Shown: one piece after another, positions 9,170-17,233 of the stretch | Layout: each line of letters opens with the position of its first letter | Position numbering within the stretch: position 1 is the stretch's first letter | Assembly: GCA_963744275.1 (NCBI GenBank) | Contig: CAVUSX010000019.1 | Location: 99,639-163,638, forward strand | DNA: 64,000 nt | Direction of reading: 5' to 3' | Source: an uncultured Alphaproteobacteria bacterium | GTDB lineage: Bacteria > Pseudomonadota > Alphaproteobacteria > Rhizobiales > Xanthobacteraceae | The notes under the pieces: generated by a model | Told to the model about the DNA's origin: nothing | Databases searched by the model: none | The model's input: only the letters and a program-made list of their open reading frames with translations | Made by a program: the position numbers and the translations under genes

Positions 9170-9739
9170 ATGTCGAGCATTGCGACAGTCAATGGAGCGA
9201 AAAGCAGAAGCACCTGGGCGATCGTCATCAGCGTGGTACCACTGGTCGTCGTGGGCGGCTTGGCCCTTGCCGCGCAGGACCGGTACTCGCTGAAAATACC
9301 GGATGGACTCGCGTGGTCCGACTTCAGAGGATACGAAACCTGGCAAGATGTCGCGGTAAGTCAGACCGAAACCAGCCTGAAAGTGATCGCGGCGAATGAC
9401 GCGATGATAAACGCATATAGGGACGGCGCTCCCGACGATGGCAAGCTGTTCCCCGACGGCTCCAAGATTACGAAGATCGAGTGGTCCTTCAAGAAAAACA
9501 CTGCGTCTCCCTATTTCGTGAATATCCCGGACACCCTGAAAACGGTTTCGTTCATCGAAAAGGATACCAAGAGATTCCCGAGCACGCACGGATGGGCATA
9601 TGCCCAGTGGGCTTATGATGCAGCGACCGACACGTTCAAGCCATCCGATCTTTCTGCAAGCGGTGCCGAATGCGGGTACGCGTGCCACACGACGGTGGCC
9701 GCCAAGGATTACATTTTCACGGCGTATCCAAAAAGGTGA
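9170..9739 (+). CDS. Cytochrome P460 / cytochrome c'-beta family protein with an unusual CX3CH heme motif
   Basis: GGAGG at 9159-9163 lies 6 nt before ATG 9170 (an alternative in-frame ATG is at 9164). There is a TM/signal segment. The C-terminal AECGYACHTTVAAKDYIFTAYP resembles the P460 tail ...AECAACH...MVFTQFYP recalled from Nitrosomonas europaea. Confidence 0.65.
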   Translation: MSSIATVNGAKSRSTWAIVISVVPLVVVGGLALAAQDRYSLKIPDGLAWSDFRGYETWQDVAVSQTETSLKVIAANDAMINAYRDGAPDDGKLFPDGSKITKIEWSFKKNTASPYFVNIPDTLKTVSFIEKDTKRFPSTHGWAYAQWAYDAATDTFKPSDLSASGAECGYACHTTVAAKDYIFTAYPKR

Positions 9740-9795
9740 ATGGGCGGACTACCACATCATGCTTCCCTCTCGCGCCCTCCGGGACGCGCGAAGAA

Positions 9796-10797
9796 TCAGC
9801 CGCCGCCCATGAGTGACCACGCCTCGCCGCCCAGCACGGTCGCCTTGTCGGCCTCCGGGATCGCGAGCGCGCGGACCTGGCGCACGCATTCCCCGGTGCC
9901 CATGTCGTAGGGATAGTCGCTGCCGAGCAGCACGCGCCGGGGCCCGGCCGATCCGACCAGGAACTCCAGACTTTCCTTCGAATGCAGGATGGTGTCGTAG
10001 TAGAAGCGCTCGATCGACGGCTGCGGCGGTTGCTTGAGATTGACCTTCGGCTCCGGCCGCACCTGCCAGCCGTGCGCCCAGCGGCCGGCCTGATAGGGCA
10101 CGAAGCCGCCGCCGTGCACCAGGCAGACCTTGAGCCGGCGATGGCGCTCGAGCACGCCGCCGAACACCAGGCAGGCCGCCGCGATGGTGGTGTCGAGCGG
10201 GTTGCCGATGAGATTGTTGAGATAGTAGGAGCGCAGGCGGTCGGCGGCGCCGACATTCACCGGATGAATGAGCAGCGGGACATCGAGCTCGCTGGCGGCG
10301 GCCCAGAGCGGCTCGAGCTCAGGATGATCGAGATTGCGGCCCACCACGTTGGACCCGATCATAGCGCCGCGCAGACGCAGCGTGCGCACGGCACGGCGCA
10401 GCTCGGCGGCCGCGAGCTCGGGGGCCTGCATCGGCAGCGTCGCGATCCCGAGGAACCGATCCGGATGGGCGGCGACCAGCTTGGCGATCTGGTCGTTCTG
10501 GATCGCCGCGCAGGCCGCCGTCAGGGCCGGCTCTTGCTCATAGAGATAGCTTTGCGGCGTCGCCGAGAGCACCTGCACGTCGACCTCGGCCGCATCCATG
10601 TCGGCGAAGCGGCGCTCCAGATCGAAGCCGCCGCGCGGGAACGGCCGATAGGGAACGCCGGCGATCTCCAGCATGAAGGAATCCGCGTTGATCGCCGTCA
10701 TCCGCGGCGCCACCTTCGGGGCCTCCTTGCGGATGAGACCGATCATCTCCTCGGTCAGGACATGGGTGTGGATATCAAGGGTGCGCGGCCCACTCAT
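9796..10797 (-). CDS. Amidohydrolase_2 family protein (ACMSD-like metal-dependent hydrolase/decarboxylase)
   Basis: N-terminal LDIHTHV metal-binding motif. ...HGGG..P... and a terminal SDYPYD motif are typical of this family. Confidence 0.75.
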   Translation of the reverse strand: MSGPRTLDIHTHVLTEEMIGLIRKEAPKVAPRMTAINADSFMLEIAGVPYRPFPRGGFDLERRFADMDAAEVDVQVLSATPQSYLYEQEPALTAACAAIQNDQIAKLVAAHPDRFLGIATLPMQAPELAAAELRRAVRTLRLRGAMIGSNVVGRNLDHPELEPLWAAASELDVPLLIHPVNVGAADRLRSYYLNNLIGNPLDTTIAAACLVFGGVLERHRRLKVCLVHGGGFVPYQAGRWAHGWQVRPEPKVNLKQPPQPSIERFYYDTILHSKESLEFLVGSAGPRRVLLGSDYPYDMGTGECVRQVRALAIPEADKATVLGGEAWSLMGGG

Positions 10798-10990
10798 TTG
10801 CGACTTCTCCTCAGGCGGGGATGCTGGTGCGGCTTGGGGACGATGGGGCGGGCCGCTCGCCAGACCTCGGCTGGTCGAGAGCCGCGGTCCAACCGGTGGA
10901 TCTGCGAAGCGCCCTTATAGCAGGATTGCGGCGGCCGCGATCAAGGCGGGTCGCACGCTCGCGCAGCCTGGCCGGAAGCGGAGGACCCAT

Positions 10991-11023
10991 ATTGACAATA
11001 TGCTGTCAATCTGGGTACATAAT
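10991..11023 (+). promoter_or_regulatory. Candidate MarR operator/promoter: 20-bp perfect palindrome ATTGACA-N6-TGTCAAT with an embedded TTGACA -35 box
   Basis: ATTGACA at 10991-10997 and TGTCAAT at 11004-11010. TACATAAT at 11016-23 is a possible -10. The marR-like ATG at 11027 follows almost immediately. Confidence 0.45.
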
Positions 11024-11026
11024 GTC

Positions 11027-11518
11027 ATGATGGATTCCTCTCACACCCCGCAAGGCGCCGCGCTCACGGCGCTGGTGCTGGAGATTTTCCGCCTCAACGG
11101 CGCGCTGCTCGCGCATGGCGACCGCCTGGTCGGGGATATCGGGCTCACCAGCGCGCGCTGGCAGGTGATGGGAGCGGCGGCTTTGTCGCCGGTGCCGCTT
11201 TCGGTCGCCGCGATCGCCCGCAACATGGGTTTGACCCGCCAGGCGGTGCAACGGGTCGCCGACGACCTGGAGGAGGGCGGCTTTGTGCGGTTCGCCCCCA
11301 ATCCGCACCATCAGCGCGCGAAGCTGGTGGTGCTGACGACCTCGGGCAACGCGGCCTGCCGGGCCGCTACCGCCCGCCAGGCGCCCTGGGCCAACCGCCT
11401 CGCGGCCGGCCTCGATCACCGTCGCATCCGCGCCGCGACCACAATTCTGCGCGCCATCTCGCAGCGCCTGGAGGGCGACCAACCGATGACAGCGGAAGCA
11501 CGGGAGCAACGCCCATGA
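11027..11518 (+). CDS. MarR-family transcriptional regulator
   Basis: Winged-helix region ARWQVMGAAALSPVPLSVAAIARNMGLTRQAVQRVADDLEEGGFVRFAPNPHHQRAKLVVLT. Confidence 0.8.
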   Translation: MMDSSHTPQGAALTALVLEIFRLNGALLAHGDRLVGDIGLTSARWQVMGAAALSPVPLSVAAIARNMGLTRQAVQRVADDLEEGGFVRFAPNPHHQRAKLVVLTTSGNAACRAATARQAPWANRLAAGLDHRRIRAATTILRAISQRLEGDQPMTAEAREQRP

Positions 11519-11943
11519 TCAGCGGAGAGCTCGCCTTGATCGCCGCCTCGGTCTTCGCCGGAGCCGCGATCTATGTCAGCGTCGCGGAGCAACCAGCGCG
11601 CCTGATGCTCGACGCGCAGGCGCTCTTGAGCGAATGGAAGGCGAGCTACCGGCGCGGCACCGCCATGCAGGCGCCGCTCGCCTTGCTGGCGACCGCGCTC
11701 GGCGTGGCGGCCCATCTGGGCACCGGTGATCGGCGCTGGTTGCTCGGGGCCGCGCTCTGCCTGGCGAACTGGCCCTATACGCTCTGGGGCATCATGCCGA
11801 CCAACCGGGCGCTGATGGCGGTGGATGCCGCGACCGCCGACGCTGCGGTGCATGCTGGCGTGCGGAAGTGGGGCCGGCTGCATGCCGTGCGCAGCGGGCT
11901 CGGCCTGGCCGCCGCGGCGGTGTTCCTGTGGGCGCTGCACTAG
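11515..11943 (+). CDS. DUF1772 (anthrone-oxygenase-like) membrane protein
   Basis: ATGA overlap with the marR-like stop. Four hydrophobic helices. SVAEQPAR...W...Y...MQ pattern typical of DUF1772. Confidence 0.65.
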   Translation: MISGELALIAASVFAGAAIYVSVAEQPARLMLDAQALLSEWKASYRRGTAMQAPLALLATALGVAAHLGTGDRRWLLGAALCLANWPYTLWGIMPTNRALMAVDAATADAAVHAGVRKWGRLHAVRSGLGLAAAAVFLWALH

Positions 11944-11967
11944 TCTAAAGCCGGTGCACTAGAGCGC

Positions 11968-12104
11968 TGTAGGGTGGGCAAAGGCGGCCGCGAGACTTCG
12001 GATTGATGCACCACGCCGGCTCCGCCGTGCCCACGCGGAAGAGTTCAATCGGTCGAGGGACTTCGCGTGGGCACGGCGCCCGAGAGCGCCTCTGCCCACC
12101 CTAC
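11968..12104. repeat. REP-type nested palindrome (TGTAGGGTGGGCAAAGG ... CCTCTGCCCACCCTAC)
   Basis: Outer inverted repeat at the two ends. The inner inverted repeat is GCCGTGCCCACGCG / CGCGTGGGCACGGC. Confidence 0.7.
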
Positions 12105-12188
12105 CGCTCATCTTCCGGAAAGATTGGCGGGCTGCTAACAATCGGGCGCCCATGTGGACGTGGGGCGGTCGAACCAAGCCGGAGCGTC

Positions 12189-12827
12189 GTGACCAAGCCC
12201 AAACCTACGCGCCGCGATGTCTTGCGAGTGGCCACCGGCATTGCGGGGGGCGCCGCGGTGGTGGGCGCCGTCGGGGCGGCCGCCTATACGGTGCTGCGCG
12301 GCCAGAGCGATTCCGACGCCGCGCTGCCGGCGGTCGCCGGTACGGTCGACGTCGATCTGTTGCCGCTGCAGCCCGGCCAGCAAGTCATGGTGTTCTGGCG
12401 CACGTGGCCGATCTTCGTGGTCCATCGCGGCCCGCAAGCCGTGACCATGCTGCGCAATTCCGACCTCATCGGCCAATTGTCCGACCCGGACTCCGAGCAG
12501 CTCCAGCAACCGCCCTACGCCCGCAACCCGCAGCGCTCCGTCAAAGCCGAGTTCGCGGTGCTGGTGGGCATCTGCACCCATATGGGCTGTACCCCGACCT
12601 TCTATCCGCAACCCGACGCGCGCGAGCCGCAACCCGATTGGCTCGGCGGCTATCTGTGTCCCTGCCACGGCTCGAAATACGATCTGGCCGGCCGCGTGTT
12701 CGCGGGTTCTCCAGCACCCTACAATCTGCCGGTGCCGCCCCATCGCTTCGTCGGCGACAAGGTGGTGCGCATCGGGGAAAATCCTCCCGGCGTCAATTTC
12801 GATTTCAACGCGATCCAGCAGATTTGA
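12189..12827 (+). CDS. Rieske [2Fe-2S] protein of the ubiquinol-cytochrome c reductase (PetA) type, orphan (no cytochrome b/c1 adjacent)
   Basis: GTG start at 12189 with GGAG 5 nt upstream. Tat/anchor leader TRRDVLRVATGIAGGAAVVG. Rieske boxes CTHMGC and CPCHGS. Confidence 0.85.
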   Translation: MTKPKPTRRDVLRVATGIAGGAAVVGAVGAAAYTVLRGQSDSDAALPAVAGTVDVDLLPLQPGQQVMVFWRTWPIFVVHRGPQAVTMLRNSDLIGQLSDPDSEQLQQPPYARNPQRSVKAEFAVLVGICTHMGCTPTFYPQPDAREPQPDWLGGYLCPCHGSKYDLAGRVFAGSPAPYNLPVPPHRFVGDKVVRIGENPPGVNFDFNAIQQI

Positions 12828-12840
12828 GGCCACAAGCAGC

Positions 12841-13566
12841 ATGAGCGGCGCGAATATCCATGCCGTTTTCGACGTGATCGCCTGGGTGGCTGCCGCGCTG
12901 TCGCTCTATTGGGTGACGCGGCTGTCCGGGTGGCCATTCCCGGCCGTGCCGGCGAACGACTGGCGCTACATCGCGGTGCTGGTGTTCGGCGCCGGGGTCG
13001 GAGCCTTGGTGCTCGGCACCGCCAATCTATGGCTGTCGGAGGAATCCGGCGTCGCCCGCTCGATCGAGGGCGCAATCGCGGGCGGCATCCTGGCGGTCGA
13101 GCTCTACAAGCGCAGCGCCCACATCACGGCCCGCACCGGAGCGCGTTTCGCGCTGCCGCTCGCAGTCGGGGTGGCGGTCGGCCGCATCGGCTGCTATCTG
13201 GCCGGGCTCGACGACTTCACCTTCGGCACCCCGACGACGTTGCCCTGGGGTCACGATTTCGGCGACGGCATTCTGCGCCATCCGGTGCAGCTCTACGAGA
13301 GCGCCGCGATGGCGGCCTTCGCGGTCGTCTACGTGATGCGGGTGCGCCGGAACGACCGCTTCGTGATCGAGAACGGCTTCTACCTCGCGGTCGGCTATTA
13401 TGGGCTGCAGCGCTTCCTGTGGGAGTTCATCAAGCCCTATGGGCCGCTGATCGGCCCCCTCACCCTGTTCCACATTTTCTCCATCCTGATCTTTGCATAT
13501 GCGGTGATCATGATCGCGACCGCGCCGGACCCGAAGGCCGCCGATGATGACCGCGCCTTTACGTAG
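12841..13566 (+). CDS. Divergent prolipoprotein diacylglyceryl transferase (Lgt) family membrane protein
   Basis: Polytopic membrane protein with GRIGCYLAGLDDFTFGTPTTLPWG and RHPVQLYES, which match the Lgt signature regions. Starts 13 nt after the Rieske stop. Confidence 0.75.
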   Translation: MSGANIHAVFDVIAWVAAALSLYWVTRLSGWPFPAVPANDWRYIAVLVFGAGVGALVLGTANLWLSEESGVARSIEGAIAGGILAVELYKRSAHITARTGARFALPLAVGVAVGRIGCYLAGLDDFTFGTPTTLPWGHDFGDGILRHPVQLYESAAMAAFAVVYVMRVRRNDRFVIENGFYLAVGYYGLQRFLWEFIKPYGPLIGPLTLFHIFSILIFAYAVIMIATAPDPKAADDDRAFT

Positions 13567-14965
13567 ATCGCGTCCCTATCTGTTCTGGGGCCAGACCACC
13601 TCGCTGTGCGAGACCTGTCTCGCGCTGGTGCCGGCCAAGATCGAGATTCGCGACAAGGAGGTCTGGTACCAGAAGCGCTGTGCGCGGCACGGCACCCAGA
13701 GCACGCTCGTCTCCACCGACGCCGCCTATTGGAAGCTCTGCAAGGACTATCTCAAGCCGGGCGACCGGTCCCTTTCGTTGCAGAGCCGCACCGAATTCGG
13801 CTGTCCCTACGACTGCGGGCTCTGCCCCGACCACGAGCAGCATTCCTGCCTGGCGCTGATCGAGATCAACGAGCACTGCAATTTGACCTGCCCGGTTTGC
13901 TTTGCGGAATCCTCGCCGACGCGGGAAAAGCAGCTTCCGCTGCCGACCGTCGAGCGCATGCTCGACGCGCTGGTCGCCAGCGAAGGCGAGCCCGATCTGG
14001 TGCAGATTTCGGGCGGCGAGCCGACCTTGCATCCCGAGTTTTTCGCCATCCTCGAGGCGGTGCGGGCGCGGCCCATCCGCCATGTCATGATCAACACCAA
14101 CGGCCTGCGCCTGGCGCGCGAGGGCGATTTCGTGGCGCGGCTCGCCGAGCAGAAGCGCGGGCTCGAGATTTATCTGCAGTTCGATTCGCTCGAGCGCGAC
14201 GCGCTCATGAACCTGCGCGGCGCGGATCTGCGCGGCGTGCGCCGGCAGGCGCTCGAGAGCCTGGAGCGCCACGGCATCTCCACCACCCTGGTGGTGACGG
14301 TCAAACGCGGCGTGAACGACGGCGAGATCGGCGCGATCGTGCGCCACGCGCTCGAATGGCGTTGCGTGCGCGGCGTCACCTTCCAGCCGGTGCAGGACGT
14401 CGGCCGCAACGAGAATTTCGACAAGGATCGCGACCGCGTCGTGCTGTCCGAGATCCGGAAGCACGTCGTCGAGGATTCCGGCGTGTTCGGACCCGACGAC
14501 ATGATCCCGCTGCCGTGCAATCCGGAGTCCATCTCGATCGCCTATGGGCTGCGCAACGGCGGCAAGGTGGTCCCGCTGATGTCGCTGCTGCCGCGCGAGG
14601 AGCTGATCGCCAGCCTCCCCAACGCCATCACCTTCGAGAAGCAGCCGGCGCTGTTGCGCAAATTCATGGAGCTGTTCTCGCTCTCTTCCGGCCCGCAGAA
14701 CGCCGGTGAGCGCATGGGGGAGCTGCTGTGCTGCCTGCCGCAGCTGCCGATCCCCGCGGGCCTCGGCTACGAGAACGTCTTCCGGGTGGCGATCGTGCAG
14801 TTCATGGACCGCTTCAATTTCTGCGTCGGCGGCGTCAAGCGCTCCTGCATCCATTTCGTCACGCCGGCCGGTCAGATCATTCCATTCGACACCTACAATC
14901 TGTTCTATCGAAACGGCAGCATCGAGCGCATCCGCGCGGCGCTGCGGGCGGAGGCCAATTCATGA
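13544..14965 (+). CDS. Radical SAM enzyme, MJ0619 / Tes / GDGT-MAS-like family
   Basis: CX3CX2C motif CNLTCPVC (13877-13900). N-terminal CETC...CARH knuckle. Auxiliary-cluster-like CPYDCGLCPDHEQHSC. C-terminal CIHFVTPAGQIIPFDTYN. Overlaps the Lgt-like gene by 23 nt. Confidence 0.75.
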   Translation: MMTAPLRRSRPYLFWGQTTSLCETCLALVPAKIEIRDKEVWYQKRCARHGTQSTLVSTDAAYWKLCKDYLKPGDRSLSLQSRTEFGCPYDCGLCPDHEQHSCLALIEINEHCNLTCPVCFAESSPTREKQLPLPTVERMLDALVASEGEPDLVQISGGEPTLHPEFFAILEAVRARPIRHVMINTNGLRLAREGDFVARLAEQKRGLEIYLQFDSLERDALMNLRGADLRGVRRQALESLERHGISTTLVVTVKRGVNDGEIGAIVRHALEWRCVRGVTFQPVQDVGRNENFDKDRDRVVLSEIRKHVVEDSGVFGPDDMIPLPCNPESISIAYGLRNGGKVVPLMSLLPREELIASLPNAITFEKQPALLRKFMELFSLSSGPQNAGERMGELLCCLPQLPIPAGLGYENVFRVAIVQFMDRFNFCVGGVKRSCIHFVTPAGQIIPFDTYNLFYRNGSIERIRAALRAEANS

Positions 14966-15210
14966 GTGATCAGCAGGAGGCGCGCCCACGAAGCCCCACC
15001 CCGGGTCGAAACCCATGGGTGACGGCGCTCTTGATTCTGGTCGGGATCATCCTGCTGTTGCCCGGCCTCTGCTCGCTGCTCTTCTCGGCCCTGCTGCTCG
15101 GCGATGCGGACAGCCTCGGCCGCGATCCGGGAATTCTGTCGTTGCTGATTTTCTGCTTCCTGGTCGGTGCCGGTGGGATCGCGCTGATCGTCTTTGCGAT
15201 CCGCCGCTAG
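14962..15210 (+). CDS. 82-aa two-helix membrane protein (hypothetical)
   Basis: The ATG at 14962 overlaps the radical SAM stop (ATGA). Charged N-terminus followed by two hydrophobic helices (WVTALLILVGIILLLPGLCSLLFSALLL; ILSLLIFCFLVGAGGIALIVFAI). Confidence 0.55.
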   Translation: MSDQQEARPRSPTPGRNPWVTALLILVGIILLLPGLCSLLFSALLLGDADSLGRDPGILSLLIFCFLVGAGGIALIVFAIRR

Positions 15211-15339
15211 GGCAGGACGGCCTGCTCAATTGGTCGCAGCCGCAGGCCCGGGTGGCATCTTGTCCGGATATTTTGGCAGACGTAACCTCTATGCTCGGTC
15301 CGGTGAAAATCCGCGTGTGGCACGGCTGGAGAGAATCCC

Positions 15340-16353
15340 ATGGCAAGAACCTGCTGCGTCTCGCTGCTTCCGCTTGTGCTGGCCGGGCTCGTGGCCGCTC
15401 CCACGTTCGCCCGCGCCGATGATTTCTACAAAGGCAAGACCTTCACCATCGTGGTCGGCTTCTCGCCGGGCGGCGGCTATGACGTCAATGCGCGCGGGCT
15501 GGCGCGGCATCTGGGTGCTCACATCCCCGGCAACCCCGGCATCATCGTCCAGAACATGCCGGGGGCCGGCAGCTTGACCTCGGTGCGCTATCTCGACGTG
15601 ACGGCGCCCAAGGACGGCACCGTCATGACCATCTTCAACCCCGGCCTGGTCACCCAGTCCATCATGCAGCCCGACAAGGTGCAGCTCGATTTCCGCCGAT
15701 ACGGCTGGATCGGCGTGGTCACCCCCGACTTCCGGGTCTGCTACGGCTTCGGCCCGAACGGCGTCAAGAGCTGGGACGACATGATGCACCGCAAGGAGTT
15801 CGTCCTGGGCTCGACCGCGCGCGGCTCCGGCAACTACATCAACGGGGCGACGCTGCGGGAGGTGTTCCACGCTCCGATCAAGCAGATCCTCGGCTTCCCG
15901 GGCAGCGCCGAGCAGCGGCTCGCCATCGAACGCGGCGAGCTCGACGGCGATTGCGGCTCCTACAGCAGCATCCCGATCGAATGGATGCGCGACGGCACGG
16001 CGCATCCTTTCGTGCGCTTCACCGAGAAGCGGCCGCCCGAGATACCGGAAAGCGCCGCCTATATCGGCACCTTCGCCAAGACCGACGAGCAGCGGCAAAT
16101 CCTCGATGTGCTCGATGCCTCCGACGAGGTCGGCCGGCCTTTCATCATGTCGAAGCAGGTGCCGCCGGACCGCGTCGCCATCATCCGCAAGGCCTTCGAC
16201 GACACCATGCAGGACAAGGAGTTCCTGGCCGACATGGAGAAGCAGCAGCTGCCGGTCAATCCGATGACCGGCGAGGAGGCCGAGACCATCGTGGCCAAGA
16301 TGATGAACGCCCCGCCCGCGGTCGTGGCCAAGGCCAAGGCGATCTACGAGTAG
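15340..16353 (+). CDS. Bug/TctC-family periplasmic solute-binding protein
   Basis: RBS GGAGAG before the ATG, plus a signal peptide. FTIVVGFSPGGGYDVNARGLARHLGAHIPGNPGIIVQNMPGAGS is typical of the family. Confidence 0.85.
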   Translation: MARTCCVSLLPLVLAGLVAAPTFARADDFYKGKTFTIVVGFSPGGGYDVNARGLARHLGAHIPGNPGIIVQNMPGAGSLTSVRYLDVTAPKDGTVMTIFNPGLVTQSIMQPDKVQLDFRRYGWIGVVTPDFRVCYGFGPNGVKSWDDMMHRKEFVLGSTARGSGNYINGATLREVFHAPIKQILGFPGSAEQRLAIERGELDGDCGSYSSIPIEWMRDGTAHPFVRFTEKRPPEIPESAAYIGTFAKTDEQRQILDVLDASDEVGRPFIMSKQVPPDRVAIIRKAFDDTMQDKEFLADMEKQQLPVNPMTGEEAETIVAKMMNAPPAVVAKAKAIYE

Positions 16354-16510
16354 GCGGCGAGCAAGCCCGGCGTTCGATCCGGCGCCCGCCCGGCGCCATC
16401 GTGGCGGGGCTCGGCGCGCGGGTTGAAACGCCTCCCGATTGCGGGCATGTTCCGCGCGCCCAAGATACCCAAGTCCCCAAATCCAAGTCCCCAAATCAAG
16501 GATCCGTCAC

Positions 16511-17034
16511 ATGTCGTTTTCCATGTCCAAGGCCTCTCTGCCGGCTCTCGAGCTCGGCCTCACCGCGCTGTCGGGAGTGCTCGACAAGGCGCAGGCATTT
16601 GCGACCGCCAAGAAGGTCGATCCCTCGGTACTGCTCGGCTCGCGGCTCTACCCCGACATGTTCGCGCTCACCCGCCAGGTCCAGATCGCGGGGATCTCGC
16701 CAAGAACGGCATGGCGCGGCTGGCCGGCATCGAGCCGCCCCGCTTCGAGGACAATGAGACGACCATCGATCAGCTCAAGGCGCGGCTCGCCAAGACGGTG
16801 GCCTTTCTCAAGACTCTCGACGCGACCAAGATCGATGCCGCGACCGATCGCGAGATCACCTTTCCGCTCGGCCCGACCAACAAGGGCCAGATGAAGGGCG
16901 ACGATTATCTCAACCATTTCGTGCTGCCGAACGTCTATTTCCATCTGACCGCCGCCTACGCGATCCTGCGTCACAGCGGCGTGGAGATCGGCAAGCAGGA
17001 TTTCCTGGGCGCGATCCCGATGAAGATGATTTGA
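16511..17034 (+). pseudogene. DUF1993-family protein, interrupted by a 1-nt frameshift (possible sequencing artefact)
   Basis: The N-terminal part (MSFSMSKASLPALELGLTAL...RQVQIAG) and the C-terminal part (DLAKNGMARLAGIEPP...VEIGKQDFLGA) are in different frames. The junction is at G-run 16690-16693. Confidence 0.7.
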
Positions 17035-17069
17035 GGGGCGACCGAAGCAAAGCCAGATATCAAGCAACG

Positions 17070-17228
17070 GATCGTCGTCCCTGCGAAAGCAGGGACCCAT
17101 ACGCGGTGCCCTCTCGATCGGCTGCCATAGCCCGTCGAAGACGGGCGTAAACGCCCTGATGGTCTGGGTCCCGGCGCCGTAAGCGCGTTTACGCGCGTCT
17201 TCGACGCGCTATGGGCCGGGACGACACT
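17070..17228. repeat. Composite REP-type palindromic elements
   Basis: Hairpin GTCCCTGC-gaaa-GCAGGGAC. Inverted pair CCATAGCCCGTCGAAGACGGGCGTAAACGCCC / GCGTTTACGCGCGTCTTCGACGCGCTATGG. Outer pair GTCGTCCC...GGGACGAC. Confidence 0.65.
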
Positions 17229-17233
17229 CAGCC

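Noticed and set aside
12189-12827. Rieske gene as part of a canonical petABC/fbcFH cytochrome bc1 operon.
   Set aside because: The downstream genes are an Lgt-family protein and a radical SAM enzyme. No cytochrome b or c1 motifs appear anywhere in the window.
13559-14854. Very long antisense or alternate-frame ORFs, for example 13559-14854(-), 30682-32667(+), 34486-37308(+), 37127-39625(+), 43711-45225(-), 58006-59595(-) and 25506-26732(+).
   Set aside because: They lie opposite or out of frame to genes with clear family signatures. Their Arg/Ala/Gly/Pro-rich, low-complexity translations are typical of shadow ORFs in GC-rich DNA. They have no motifs, signal peptides or RBS support.
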